64,000 nt of DNA from Anthoceros angustus. Lineage: Eukaryota; Plantae; Anthocerotophyta. The DNA lies in assembly GCA_010909165.1 (NCBI GenBank), contig VJWM01000107.1, positions 930,001 through 994,000 of the forward strand, in the 5' to 3' direction. Each line of letters starts with the position of its first letter. Positions within the stretch are counted from its first letter, which is position 1. Below the pieces are notes generated by a model that saw nothing but the letters and a program-made list of their open reading frames with translations, was not told the DNA's origin and ran no database searches. The translations under genes and the position numbers were made by a program. Shown piece by piece: positions 33,334-45,350 of the stretch.

Positions 33334-35870
33334 AACTTGTAAAGTAGTTTTTTGATAGCTATATATTTTATAGAGATCTTACCGATTTAAAACAATAAGT
33401 TCTTCTATACAAAATACTAAGTTCTTCAAATGCAAATTTCATCCCCTCTCACCACCTTAGCCCGCCTTCCTCTTCACCCTCCCTTCAATTACAATATCTT
33501 AAAACCGTAGAGGACCAAAATAATGAAGTCTTAGAAGATTAATCTGATCAATGTAATAAAGCATTAAAGGGCTCATATAATAAAGTCTTATAGGTCTAAT
33601 AGTATAAAGTCTTAGATGTTTCAATATCGTATAGCTTGAGAGACCTAATATGATAAAGCTAATGACTTGTAGAACACCTTCTCCAAGCGCAGCTCTTTAT
33701 TCACAAAGTACACAACAAAGTCTGGCTTGTAGAACACCTTCTCTGAGCACTAGCTTTATTCACAAAGTCTGGTCATCTACCAACATTTGCATATGACATT
33801 AGTACTCAAAGACAAGCTTCTGGCTAGTTCTCCACAGGCTCTCATGACAGAGCATAAAATAATTCAGGAGCTCTTAGATAGCCCTTATATATCCCGTAGA
33901 TTGGCTCCAACTTAGTAGATGCTAACCTCGGGGAACTCTTATGGACCACTAATTTATGATAGTTCCTCTCTAGGCAGCTTTTCTTTAGTGGCTCCAACGA
34001 CTCCTCTCTAGAAGATGGATGCATACGACTCCTCTCTAGGAGATGGATGCATACGACCACGCTCAGTTTGATACATGGAGCTTGAATGCATGTGACCATT
34101 CTCAATTCAATACATGCAGCTTGCATGCATTTGACCACTCTCAGTTCAATGCATGCATCTTGAATGCATGCCACCACTCAATTCAATAAATACATCTTCT
34201 TAAGAGGGTAAGCTCATGATCGTTTTTATCTATTTCTTTATTTATATTTTAATATTTTTTCACCATTACTTATTACTCTCTCTTTGGTAAAGAAAGTCAC
34301 AATCCTCGATGAGTCCTCCCGTAAAAGAGTGACATCCAGACATGTGAAGTTCCCCCATACATGAGTTCGTTGGAACTCCACAGTCCAGCGTCCTTCGTAC
34401 GAATCAGTACTAGGATGGGGTGCCACCCATCCACTATTTCATGGCCTTACGGGGCCACTTGTTATAAAAGCTCTACGGGGTTACTTCTCAATGAAATCAT
34501 GCGCTTGTGACAACCCCACGCTACTTATTTTAAGAGCCCGCTCTACAAGATTACTTTTGAATGAAATCATGTGAATCATGCATTTGTCCCACTTGTTATA
34601 AAAGCTCTATGGGGTTACTTCTCAATGAATCATGCGCTTGTGACAACCCCACGCTACTTATTTTAAGAGCCCGCTCTACGGGATTACTTTTGAATGAAAT
34701 CCTGTGAATCATGCATTTGTCCCATGCCATCTATTGTAAGAGCTTTACTCATGCGTTCGTCCCACGCCACCTATTGTAAGAGCTCTACGGGGCTACTTCT
34801 AAATGAAACTTTGATATATGTATGAAGTCTCTGAAATTGCGATAAAAAAAACATACATTTGTCCCACGCCATCTATTGTAAGAGCTCTACTCATGCGTTC
34901 GTCCTACGCCACCTTTTGTAAGAGCTCTACGGGGCTACTTCTAAATGAAACTTTGATATATGTATGAAGTCTCTGAAATCACGATAAAAAAAAACTAAAC
35001 TATCCTCGGTGACACAAGTGTAAGGCAGGACTATCTGAGATACTTGCTCCAAATCTTCAAGTGAAATCAAGGGAGGATATCTTACAAAACCACAAAGCTT
35101 TACTAGATCCTTGCTACAAATCTTCAAGTAATATCAAGCAAATCTTCAAGTAAAATCTAGGGAGGATCTACAAAACCCCAAAGCTTCACTAGATTCTTGT
35201 TCCACAAAAGCATGTTCAGAAGAAGTGGAATCTCCGAATGTGTAAAAATTTACGAGTTTAAGATGATCTCCGAATGTGTAAAAATTTACGAGTTTAAGAT
35301 GCCGAAAACAAGGAAAAAGTAAGGAGCGGGCTGGCAGGGTTTGGGAGATCGAGTAGGCCTGATCTAGATCAAGATCACTCGAGAATGCACGGATCCCAAT
35401 CTCGATCAGGCCTCACTTAGAGTAGGTGCACCAGTGCGACTCAGCCCATCCACGGCATCAGGCTGCGGGCGGGGCTGCAGGGCGGTTGAGGCCGCAAGAG
35501 GCAATAGTTGAAGGCTGTGACCACAGTGGTGCACACCTCGCACAACATGAGGCATTTAAACCCTAGACCTTGTTTAAAAATGCTTGTTTGAAAAACTAGG
35601 GCTTCTTAGAAACAAGGGCTTGTTTGAAAAGCTAGAGGTTGTTTGGGAAACTAGGGTTTATGTGGAAAAATAGAGCCTGTTTAGTGGAGGTCCATACATA
35701 TCTATTAATTCTATAGAGATACCTATATAATCTAATAAATATTAAAATTTGATAAAATTATTTTTCATAAATATTAAAATTTAAACATATAAATATTTAT
35801 GTTGAACCTTATTTTTTCAAAAAATAATTATTTCGACAATTACCATATTGAACTACCTCTCGGGGTACGG

Positions 35871-37820
35871 TAGTGTGCGGCAAGTTCCTGCAAAATTTGG
35901 TCCCCTGGCCGCGGAATTGCGTTCACACTCGGGTGCTTGAGCTTGCATCAAACGAGGGGGTAAGACAAGGCAAAGCCTCATCACTGAAAAAGTGCTGCAA
36001 AGACAGCTTCTCAAGGCTTGCTCGCCTGTTCACCGTAGCCCGAGCATACTAAGGAGAGAAGACCAGGCAGCCAAGAAACGGGTGGCCCGTGGGAAATGCT
36101 GGGAGTATACCCTGATTTTTCAAATTCGCTTCGCTTTGATACTATACACTGAAGTCGTTCGAGATGAGGCTCTACCAAACAAGGCGGAGCCTGGCGTTGG
36201 AGTGGCCTGAGTGAAGACCTGTGTCACTTGAAAATACCCATGGAGGGTAAGCTTTGTAAGCTGTTGGCACGAGTCTGCAAGGAGACCAAGGCACTCATAG
36301 GTCATCGTGCCACACCATGAGACATCCAGCTCTACAACGAGCTGCTGCAGTGTGCGGCAAGTGCCTGCAAGATTTGGTCCCCTGCCTGTACAATCCAGTT
36401 CACATACAGTTGCTTGCGCTTGTCTTCTAAAGAGGTGACAAAGACGAGCCAAAGCCTCAGCACTGTCACCATAGCGGCCACGGATGCATCTGTAAGCAGA
36501 TTCAGATTGTCCAAATTCAGGGCTTTGAAGCCGGGGCACCAACTGACAATTGCGCTCACGGCTTTATCCGTCAGCTTCAGACAGCCGCCAAGTTCCAGCT
36601 CCGTTAAGTTGACCCCCGAACACTCCACCACCCGCTGCATCTCCTTTTATCTGTGACCCTCCCAAGTCTGACAATGTGAGGCTCCGAAGATCAGGCATCT
36701 AGGGGAAGGTTAAGGCCACATCATCTTCGGGCTGAGCTGATCATCTTCGGGTCTAGCTAATCAGCTTCGGGTTGAGGGATCATCTTCGGGTTGCGCTGAT
36801 CATCTTCGGGTTGAGCTAATCATCTTCGGGTTGAGCTGATGATAACCCTCCATGGGTAACGGTTCCAACCTGGCTCCTACGATTCCCACCACTCTCTGTA
36901 AGCCAAAATCCGAAAGAGAAACGGAATCAAACTCCCGCAGCTCCAAGCATGTGAGCTTCTTGCAAGACTGCACCAATTCTGTAAGTCTCCCTTCCGTCAT
37001 CCTCAACACACCCTGCAAAGAGAAGGTTCGGAGAGCAGGAAACTCCTGCTTTTTGACGCATTCAACAAATTGATCCGGCAGCACTTTGCCGCCCATGCCG
37101 AGCTTCAACTTTTGCACCCTCTCAGTCGATATGCCTTGGATTACTCGACAGAAATCATGCTCCCGCACACCTAGTACAAAAATCAGGAATAACGCGTGTT
37201 CGGAATCAAGAAGCGACATCAGCCTTCCGCTCATCTTCCGCAACGCACACAGCCTGGTGAACAGCTTCCGCCTGGACTCGTCTGTTAAAACAAGACAATC
37301 GACATATTTCAGATGTTCACGCGGAAGCCCCGGAACTAGGTCGTGATGTTACAGCGACATTCTTGTCATCTGTACGCAGCTATCGCTTCTCGACGGCTCC
37401 CACAGATGCCCACCCTGCGCCCTGCCCTGCTCAGCAGAGGCCGCTCGTGCCCTCACAATCTCCGAGGCCTCAGAAAACGGTCCCGTCCCAGCCTCCCGCC
37501 ATACCGGCTCCGCTGCCGCTGCCGCATCCTGAGGGTAAAGAGCGTGGTGCGCCGCCCTTGCGCTGGCCACGGCCAGGATCCTGTCCAGGTTACCAGCTCG
37601 CCAATTCTCAGAATTCGCTGCCCGGGACCTCGATGGTCCAGCTCCGGATCCGGGTGAGGTGTGATTCTCTGTGGGTGACTGCCACCTGTTCGCGCCCTGC
37701 GAAGTCGTCCAGCTTGGTAGAACCTTCTTCTTCAGCAGCTGACCTCAGAAGCCCGAAGCCAACCATGAGCATGTGTGGAAGAAGGTTGCAGGTGCCAATG
37801 CTACAAATGTTCGGTGTCAA
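35871..37820 (-). pseudogene. RAD7-like LRR pseudogene (about 36170-37820) plus an extra short LRR fragment (35871-36045)
   Basis: Frameshifted pieces GPFSEASEIVR, RKMSGRLMSLL, FPALRTFSL, LTELELGGCLKLTDKAVSAIVSWCPG, GLLADSCQQLTKLTLHG. The 3' flank 36085-36200 matches 27525-27620. Confidence 0.8.
36720..36842. repeat. About 20-bp minisatellite (GATCATCTTCGGGTTGAGCT)n inside the RAD7-like pseudogene
   Basis: About six degenerate units read directly. Confidence 0.9.
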
Positions 37821-38085
37821 TGTCCAGGTGAGCTGCAGGTGCCCATACTACTTTCTCCAGGTGCAGTCCACTGGAGCCTTGCTATTCTGCAGCAATTTCC
37901 CAGGTCCTGAGCACAGCTTAGCTGCTCGCTGTTCAGCAGCTTTGTAGGCACTGCCATCCACCGTCCAGGTCACTCCACCAACCCTGGCCTGGCTGCTGTG
38001 GAGGCTGTGGGTTAGTGCCGTAGCGAGGATGCGTTTGTGAGCGGCCTAGTCTTGTCCATGCACCTCCGACAGCGGTCCCTGAACG

Positions 38086-40563
38086 ATGGCCACAGCGAAG
38101 GCTGAAGCTTCTTTTCTTCTCTTTGCACGTCATTTGCTTTCAGGCGGGACCCAACAAATTGGTGTGTGTACAGGGATTCTACGAGGAGCTCAGGCTAACC
38201 TCATCTCAGGGAGTCGACCCCTGGCAAGCAAAGCCTCCAGGTGCAGCAGTGTACGGAGCCCAGCACTTCCACTTCTGAGAGGAAGTGTGGGTAGAGACGG
38301 GTTTTACAGCGATGGTCGTTGCCAGGAGCAGGAGCACTTGTGGCATCAATTTTTTCTGGACCCTACCATGTGGTGGGACGACAGACGAGATAAGAAGAGC
38401 TCCCGTTCTCCTGATTTCCGGCGAAAGGGGTCCGGCGAGGTGCTCTGCTTAAACAACTTGTTTAAGCCAGCCTGGGTTGATGAGCAGCTCATTTCCTTGG
38501 ATATGCAGATGGGCCATGGTGCCAGTGTAAGGAGCCCACCACTTCCACATCCGATGGGCCATGGTGTCTCTCCCTCCAAGTCCAGCCCTCAGGATAAGCC
38601 TGAACCTGGGAGGCGCGCAGGATCGGAAATGGGGGTCGTTACTGCTCTTACCGTGAGCACGTTATGTCAGCAGGGGAAGCTTTCTGAGGCCGTTGGGGCC
38701 CTGGAATCTCTGGCGCAGACAGACTCTGGTGTTTCTCAGTCTCTGTTCTACACTGTGCTAAAACTGTGTATAGCTAAGAAGGATCTGGTTGTGGGGCGAC
38801 GAGTTCATGATCTCACTGTCAAACTTGGGTACGAGTCGAGTGCATACTTGGGGAACCATATCTTGCGCATGTATGCATGTGGAGGTAGGCTAGAGGAGGC
38901 CATGGATGTGTTCACCAGGGTGGGCAAACCAGATGCCTTCATGTGGTTTTCCATAATCTCTGCCCATGCTAAGCATGGGAAACCTGAGGCTATACAACTC
39001 TACCATGAGATGCGTAGGTCAGGAGTCAAGGCTGATGCTCATGTCTTTGTAGCTGCCCTTCAAGCTTGTGCATTTGCTGCCGACTTGGAATCTGGCAGAA
39101 AGGTGCACTGTGATGTGGTGCAGAGTAGCATTCCTATTAACTTGTTTGTTGGCACCTGCCTGGTGGATATGTATGCAAAATGTGGCAAAATGAAAGATGC
39201 ACGCCAGGTTTTTGACAGCATGAGCACAAAGAATATGGTGACATGGACGATGCTGGTTGCTGGGTATGCAAAACTTGGTGAGCTGGAAGATGCACGCCAG
39301 GCTTTTGACAGTATGGCCACAAAGGATGTCGTGACATGGACTGCCCTCATTGCTGGGTATGCACAGCAAGGACTCAGCCGAGAGGCGCTTGTTTTGTATG
39401 GACAAATGGAGGAGGCGGGCCTCATTTTGGCTGACCATTTTACTTTTGCTTGCCTTCTGAAGTCTTGTGGAAGCAGTGGTGCCTTACAGAAGGGCAGACA
39501 GCTGCACTCACAGATTGTCAAAAGAGGTCTGCTGGATGATGTAGTGGTGGGTACCTGCCTGGTGGACATGTATGCAAAATGTGGTGAGCTCGAAGATGCA
39601 CGCCAGATTTTTGACAGCATGAACACAAAGAATGTGGTGACATGGACCGCCCTGATATCTGGGTATGGTACTTGTGATGAAAGTCATAAGGCACTAGCTT
39701 GTTTTGAGGAGATGTTGGTTGCCGGTATTCAGCCTAATGATGCGACTTTTACTTGCCTTTTAGTAGCATGCAGTCATGGGGAACTGGTCCATGACGGTCG
39801 CAAGCACTTTGATTCCATGGCTGTACAGCATGGCATCAAACCTACTCTTGAGCATTATAATTGCATGATTGATCTTCTTGGGCGTGCAGGCCATTTAGAT
39901 GAGGCAGAGAAGATGCTAGCAGAGAAGATGCGATTATCATCCGAATCCCAAAGTAATGTTGTGGGATTGAAGTCTTTGTTGAATGCCTGCAAAAGTCACG
40001 GGGATATAGAGAGGGCTAGGTGGTGTTTTGAAAGCATAGTTAGGCTGGACCCCCAGGAGGGGCCTGCCTATGTGCTCATGGCCAATGCCTATGCTAATGC
40101 AGGTAGGTGGACCGATGTAGACAGGATTGAAACACAGAGAATGGTAGCAGGAGCTTACAAGAAACCTGCAGTGGCAACTATTGAGGTGAATAAGGAAGTA
40201 CATAGCTTCGTGGTGGGAGAAAGAAGTGAGGATATTGCACTTCAGGTTGAGAGAACGAATGCACGTCTGAAGCAGGAAGGAGGCCACGTACCTCACACAA
40301 AGTTGGTGTTGAAGCCAATGTCTGAGAAGGAAAAGGAAGATGTGCTTTGTGGGCATGCTGAGAAGCTAGCTCTTGCGTTTGGTCTCTTGAATACTCCGAG
40401 TGGGACACCACTGATGGTAACTAAAAATCTACGCATGTGCAGTGACTGCCACAGTTCCACGGAGATAATGTCAAGGCTGGAGCAGAGAGACATTGTTGTG
40501 AGGGATGGGTACCGTGTGCATCGATTCGCAGCTGGTTGTTGCAGTTGTAATGGTCGACCGTGA
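38086..40563 (+). CDS. PLS-class PPR protein with E and DYW:KP (GRP-type) domain; N-terminal PDF-like motif; paralog of 24558-27470
   Basis: 825 aa intronless ORF with KKPAVATIEV, HAEKLA, CSDCH, and C-terminus HRFAAGCCSCNGRP. Confidence 0.95.
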   Translation: MATAKAEASFLLFARHLLSGGTQQIGVCTGILRGAQANLISGSRPLASKASRCSSVRSPALPLLRGSVGRDGFYSDGRCQEQEHLWHQFFLDPTMWWDDRRDKKSSRSPDFRRKGSGEVLCLNNLFKPAWVDEQLISLDMQMGHGASVRSPPLPHPMGHGVSPSKSSPQDKPEPGRRAGSEMGVVTALTVSTLCQQGKLSEAVGALESLAQTDSGVSQSLFYTVLKLCIAKKDLVVGRRVHDLTVKLGYESSAYLGNHILRMYACGGRLEEAMDVFTRVGKPDAFMWFSIISAHAKHGKPEAIQLYHEMRRSGVKADAHVFVAALQACAFAADLESGRKVHCDVVQSSIPINLFVGTCLVDMYAKCGKMKDARQVFDSMSTKNMVTWTMLVAGYAKLGELEDARQAFDSMATKDVVTWTALIAGYAQQGLSREALVLYGQMEEAGLILADHFTFACLLKSCGSSGALQKGRQLHSQIVKRGLLDDVVVGTCLVDMYAKCGELEDARQIFDSMNTKNVVTWTALISGYGTCDESHKALACFEEMLVAGIQPNDATFTCLLVACSHGELVHDGRKHFDSMAVQHGIKPTLEHYNCMIDLLGRAGHLDEAEKMLAEKMRLSSESQSNVVGLKSLLNACKSHGDIERARWCFESIVRLDPQEGPAYVLMANAYANAGRWTDVDRIETQRMVAGAYKKPAVATIEVNKEVHSFVVGERSEDIALQVERTNARLKQEGGHVPHTKLVLKPMSEKEKEDVLCGHAEKLALAFGLLNTPSGTPLMVTKNLRMCSDCHSSTEIMSRLEQRDIVVRDGYRVHRFAAGCCSCNGRP

Positions 40564-40685
40564 GAATGATGAAGAACTAGGTAGCCAGTGCTCAAGTGTG
40601 TACGTCAGGGAATATTGCTTTTTTTCTTTGGGGGTGAATGTTCTTGGTTAACTCCATCCCTTTCCAAACTGAAAAACAAGTACAT

Positions 40686-40895
40686 TGTTAGATATACCTA
40701 CGCACATGTGTGACATATGGTTGCAGAGGGCCACATACACACATATGGGCAGGAAATACATGAGCTCTTTCTTCCTATTATTCGTCAAAGGATTCCATCA
40801 GCCGGTTTGCCTCAAGCTTGAGGGCTTGTTTGATGCCGTTTCTGCACAGTGTTTTGGCCTTGTGTCACGACCTGGTGGTAATCTGCTACTTGCAA
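40686..40895 (+). repeat. About 210-bp direct repeat, second copy at about 48458-48670; LTR-like (starts TGTT)
   Basis: tgttagatataccta...cattcgtcaaaggattcca...gtttgcctcaagcttgagggct...tgtgtcacgacc is shared by both copies. Confidence 0.7.
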
Positions 40896-41820
40896 GGGCT
40901 GCAGTTATGCACCGTACAGACGAGCGCCATGGCTATCCCCCAACTTCAAGCGTGTTGAGACAAAACCTCCTGACGTTGTGGCTACCAAGAGGGTCCTTCA
41001 GCGAGGTGCTGCAGGGATGCTTCAACACCTCTCCACTCGAACGCCGGACACCTTTTTTTTACAGACAAACTAAGAAGCAGCCTCAACCATAGGATGGTTT
41101 GTTGGAGCCAGACAAACTAAGAAGCAGCCTCAACCATAGGATAGTTTGTTGGAGCAAAGGGCCATAGTTCCGTACAGGATCAACCATAGGATAGTTTGTT
41201 GGAGCAAAGGGCCATAGTTCCGTACAGGAACAGGGCTTGTGTTTACAATCGAAAGGCCACTTTCTTATAGCAAAGCCTATTTCAAACTTCAAAATGCATA
41301 CGTAGTGCTACGATCCAACTCCCAAGGTTTCATCTGCTGAAAAGTCTATTGCGTGCTCGTCAGCCTCCTATCTTTAGTAGTTTGCCTCCATAGCGCGCAC
41401 ACCAAGGTAGTTAGCTTAAACTGCCTTCTCGTCTAATGGTGGCACGCCCTTCGCTACAGCCTGGCCCTCAATTCCCCTGATGATACAACTAGGAAGAGCA
41501 GATCGAAAAGAAACAACACACTGCAAGGGTTCCCCAAATCCTACTTCTCACAAAGTCCCAGCAGAGACGTCTTACACTAACAAAGCATGGTACTCCATTA
41601 TTCACCCTGTGCACACAAAGCAAGTGTTAGGAAAATTGTCAAACTCAAACTCAACCCAGGACTCAAGCACAAGCTTAGATTCAAGCTTGCAGAGTTGCTC
41701 GGTTCAATCACAATTTGACTCATGACCTGATGCACTTCAGAAATCAAACCAAACCCACACTCACACATCACATCAGACTTCTCCAGCGTCCGCACATCTC
41801 ATAGCCCGGATCCCAGAGCC

Positions 41821-43010
41821 TTACACAGGCTTCTTGCTACTGCTCGATTCTCCTTCTTCGGGCGGGGAAAGAGCAGGTAGTGCCTTCCTCCATTCCTTCA
41901 CAAGTTTCTTCATCATTCTCACCAGCCCCTCAGGCAGATCCGCATCCTCAGACTCCTTTGAGATAGCTGGAGTTAGAGGAATCCCTGCAGAGTCCACAAG
42001 CTGTAATTTGTGTGCCCCAGAGGGCGGATTACTTTCCCCTGAACTTCTCAACCAATTCCATGAATTTTCACACTCCGGGGACCAATGCCAGTATACGACA
42101 TCCTTCTTAGGAACTGTCAAAAAAGGATCCAACAAGGTGTACCAGCCTGAATACTCCCTAGATCTTCCAGAAACTCTCAGTGTCACCAACCACGCAAACA
42201 GGTCCGCATGATTGGAGGGGCGAATGCGGTCAAAACAAGACCCATCCACTCCCGTCGCCTCCACAATGGCAGAAACTTGGTGCAACCAAATATGTGACCT
42301 CAGATGAGACCAACATACTTGGCATGCGATTGACCATTCAAACTGGCCACTTCTCAAAGACACAGCTAGAGGTGTCCTTAAGGACTCAAAATCCTGACAT
42401 TATGACGTTCACAGTAAGACAACCACAATTCCACTTCCTACTTGCATCGAGGTTCCTGTAAGAGCTGCGGGTCATACCTTGAAAGAAGGTATTCTGGGGC
42501 CATCACGACATACGAACAATCTTCTAAAAACCTAAGATGATACCTACCAACTTAAAGGGGCACCTCACGCATCCCTAGATAGCTAGACATATCACATACA
42601 TATCGCAAGGAAGGAGGTTGTTAGATGCCCAAATGGGAGCAAGCAATGACTAATATCACAGTAATACCTCTTCAGAATGGGAGCAAGCAATGACTAATAT
42701 CACAGTAATACCTCTTCAGGTGTGGAACAATAATCGTTTTACATCGAACATAATCAGGGGCTGAAGCGACTTGGACTGCATTGTGACTCAAGACTTCCTT
42801 CACTAGAAAAGGCCCCTCCACCTTGGTTTAAGCTTAGCACCGGCTTCCCGTTTGAGATACCGTTTCATGTTCAGCTTCAAAACCCTATCACCAGGTATCA
42901 AGTCGTGTGGCTCTCACCCAATGTAGGAGGAAAACCTGAGACCCCAGATCACCCTATAGTGACCACACTTATCCCACTGTCGCTAAGTACAATATAGATT
43001 TCGTCCCATG
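41821..43010 (-). mobile_element. Possible highly degenerate Ty3/gypsy-like pol remnant
   Basis: TLLDPFLTVPKKDVVYWHWSPECENS loosely resembles the RT/RNase H linker (PL..LLKKD..F.WS.EC..AF). No other domain recognised. Confidence 0.3.
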
Positions 43011-43257
43011 AGACTCTTGGTTGTCAGCTCACCAGTATCTAAGGCACAAACCACACACCTCTTCACACCCCCAAGCCCCCTCACACAGCTCGGGCAACCT
43101 CAACTCACTCCACAAACATGTACAGCAGCCACGCCTCACCGTGCTGCTCCAGTAATCACCGCTTCCAGACCTAAACCGAAACCCTACGACTGTAGGTCCA
43201 CACCCTATAGCGCTAGCTCAGCAGGCTACGCACGTAGGGACCCCTACGCTGGCCTAC

Positions 43258-43390
43258 GGGATGAAGCCATCAGCACGATTGTGATTGGTTACCCCGGCCT
43301 CAAAGCCTTGAATTAGGACAATCTGAATGTCCTCACAGCTATGCATCTCTGGAAACTTACGGTGAACAAGGGAGCAAGCTTTGAGATCCG
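43258..43390 (+). pseudogene. Isolated RAD7-like LRR fragment
   Basis: DEAISTIVIGYPGLKALN*DNLNVLT...NKGASFE matches 38-165. Confidence 0.75.
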
Positions 43391-44399
43391 GAGAGCTATA
43401 TCAACAGCAGCTCACATGACTGATTGAGGCCAGACTTACGGGAAGCTTACAGAGACGATCGATTAACGTCAACACAAAGAGTTGCAATGGACATACATGC
43501 ATGGGCTACACACACCTCCATAGCCCACTTGACAGCAGTTGTAGGTGGTCTTGGATCACGTACACCTGCGTGCCACCCCAACACTGGAGCGAGTGCGCCA
43601 CGGAGAACGAATAGCCTCCGGTTTTGGACGGGACATCCACATGCATAAACATGATATGTGTTATGCTTATGCTAATTAAGCAATGATTAGTGTTAATTAA
43701 TCTAATGTGCTTATGTTAATTAAGCATTGATTAGTGTTAATTAAACATGGTTAGCAATAGCTAAGTGGATAAGCTCAAGTGTGCTTTGGCATATTCCTTG
43801 CATATTATATGTATTCTTAGGATACAATAGCTAAGTGGATAAGCTCAAATAATATGCTTTGGCATATTCCTTGCATATTATAGTGTATTCTTAGGATATT
43901 TACGCATATCTTTGATGCCAATAGGATATCTTAGGAATATGCCGATGCCGGTATAGTATATAGACCCTTCCATTGAGGACAAGCTCAGATCATAGCTTGT
44001 CCTCTAGATATACAATGCAAGAGCGTTGTGAGGAGGCCAAAGCTATGACTCCGAGAGCGATGTGTAAGGAATTTGCGTGTTGTTCTAGTGGGGAGAGTGT
44101 GTTTGTGCCACGACATGGGAGCTACTCCCTCCTGTTGTTATTGGTTTGCACCTATATATCTGCGTATTAGATTTGTTTGCTTGGTTGTTGGTCGAGGAAG
44201 TGATAATATGAATTCAAGTGCTTACCTCGTGCGACATATGCCCCATGCTTAACCACGGCAACGAAAGGCCAACATAGGTATGAACTGTACAGGTTTGGAG
44301 GATGCATTCAGCGTGGAGTAGGCCTAGGAGGAGAATTCTGGCAACGACGCGTGTGCGATTCAATTCGTTGCATCTTGGACTCGTCAACAAGAAGCTAGT

Positions 44400-45350
44400 G
44401 TAAGTCGAGCTGCAAAATGTGGAGCTAGAGTTGCAGCAGCGAGGAATCGAAAAGGGAAGGCTAGACGAGCGAGGAGAAGTGATAGGAGCGATTTCGAGTC
44501 TCGTTTCGGATTCCCTAAGAAAGTCGCCGTCACTCCGTGACCTGGCGCTGGAGGTCGTGTGTCAACACATCGATCACGTCGATTGTCTTGGAATACTGGC
44601 GGACGAGTCCTATGCACCAGGCTATGCAAGTTGAGGAAGATTGAGCGGGAGGGTTTTGAGGCTTCTTGTTTCCGAGAAGCCGTTCATAGTGATTCCAAAT
44701 TGTTCTGATATTTCATAGGATAACTTCTGCACGGCATTCATGGCCATGCCGACTAAGCATCTGGAGATTCTGAAGCTCCTCGTTTCGGCCGAGCTCTGGC
44801 AAATCATTTTGTTTACTGCTTGAAAAAGAAGCACTTTGCCGATCGCATCCGAAAGATTAAGGTGCTACCTGTGCTCCGAACCTTTTCGATCTCCTTGGAG
44901 GGTGCGCAGTACAAGCCTGGGGTTAACTGCATGAACATGGCGCTTGTACGATTGGTGGAGGCAGTTTGTAGGAAGCTGACATGCTTGGAGCTGGAGTCTG
45001 GTTTCTCGAGCATAGTATATGTCGTAGGATCCAGGTTGGAATTGCTATGCTTGTAATTTCAGTGATGAGGCTTTGGCTTGTCTTGTCACTTCCTTAGATG
45101 ACAACCTCAAACAACTCTTTAAATTAGGAAGGCTGGGGACGACTCTTTAAATTTGTAGGCCCTTGCCTCACATTACAGAAACTCGCTGGAAGAGCTGGGT
45201 ATGTCTTGGAGTCAAGAATGACGGATGAATGCCTTGGTCTCCTTGCACATTCGCGCCTCCGGCTGACAAACCTCACCCTCAATTGCAAGGGGTGTTTTCA
45301 AGTCGCAAAAGTCTTCATCAACGGCCACTCCAATGCCAAATCTAGGCCTT
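44400..45350 (+). pseudogene. RAD7-like LRR pseudogene with an internal deletion
   Basis: KSPSLRDLALEVVCQHID, LPVLRTFSISL, LVEAVCRKLTCLEL, then a jump to CNFSDEALACLVTSL and ending at NGHSN. Multiple frameshifts. Confidence 0.8.

Larger units (their letters stand above)
30955..35225. repeat. Two-copy tandem duplication (about 30955-33050 and 33051-35225) covering the RING 5' half and its upstream repeat arrays
   Basis: aagtggaaggtgcttcatcctctacatagtg starts both units and ...tccacaaaagcatgttcaga ends both. Copies differ mostly by small indels. Confidence 0.9.

Noticed and set aside
35852-35874. CACTA terminal inverted repeat (…GTAGTG) at the RING island border
   Set aside because: No matching CACTAC terminus found at the left border, and the last bases overlap RAD7-like homology. 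Kept only as a hairpin note.
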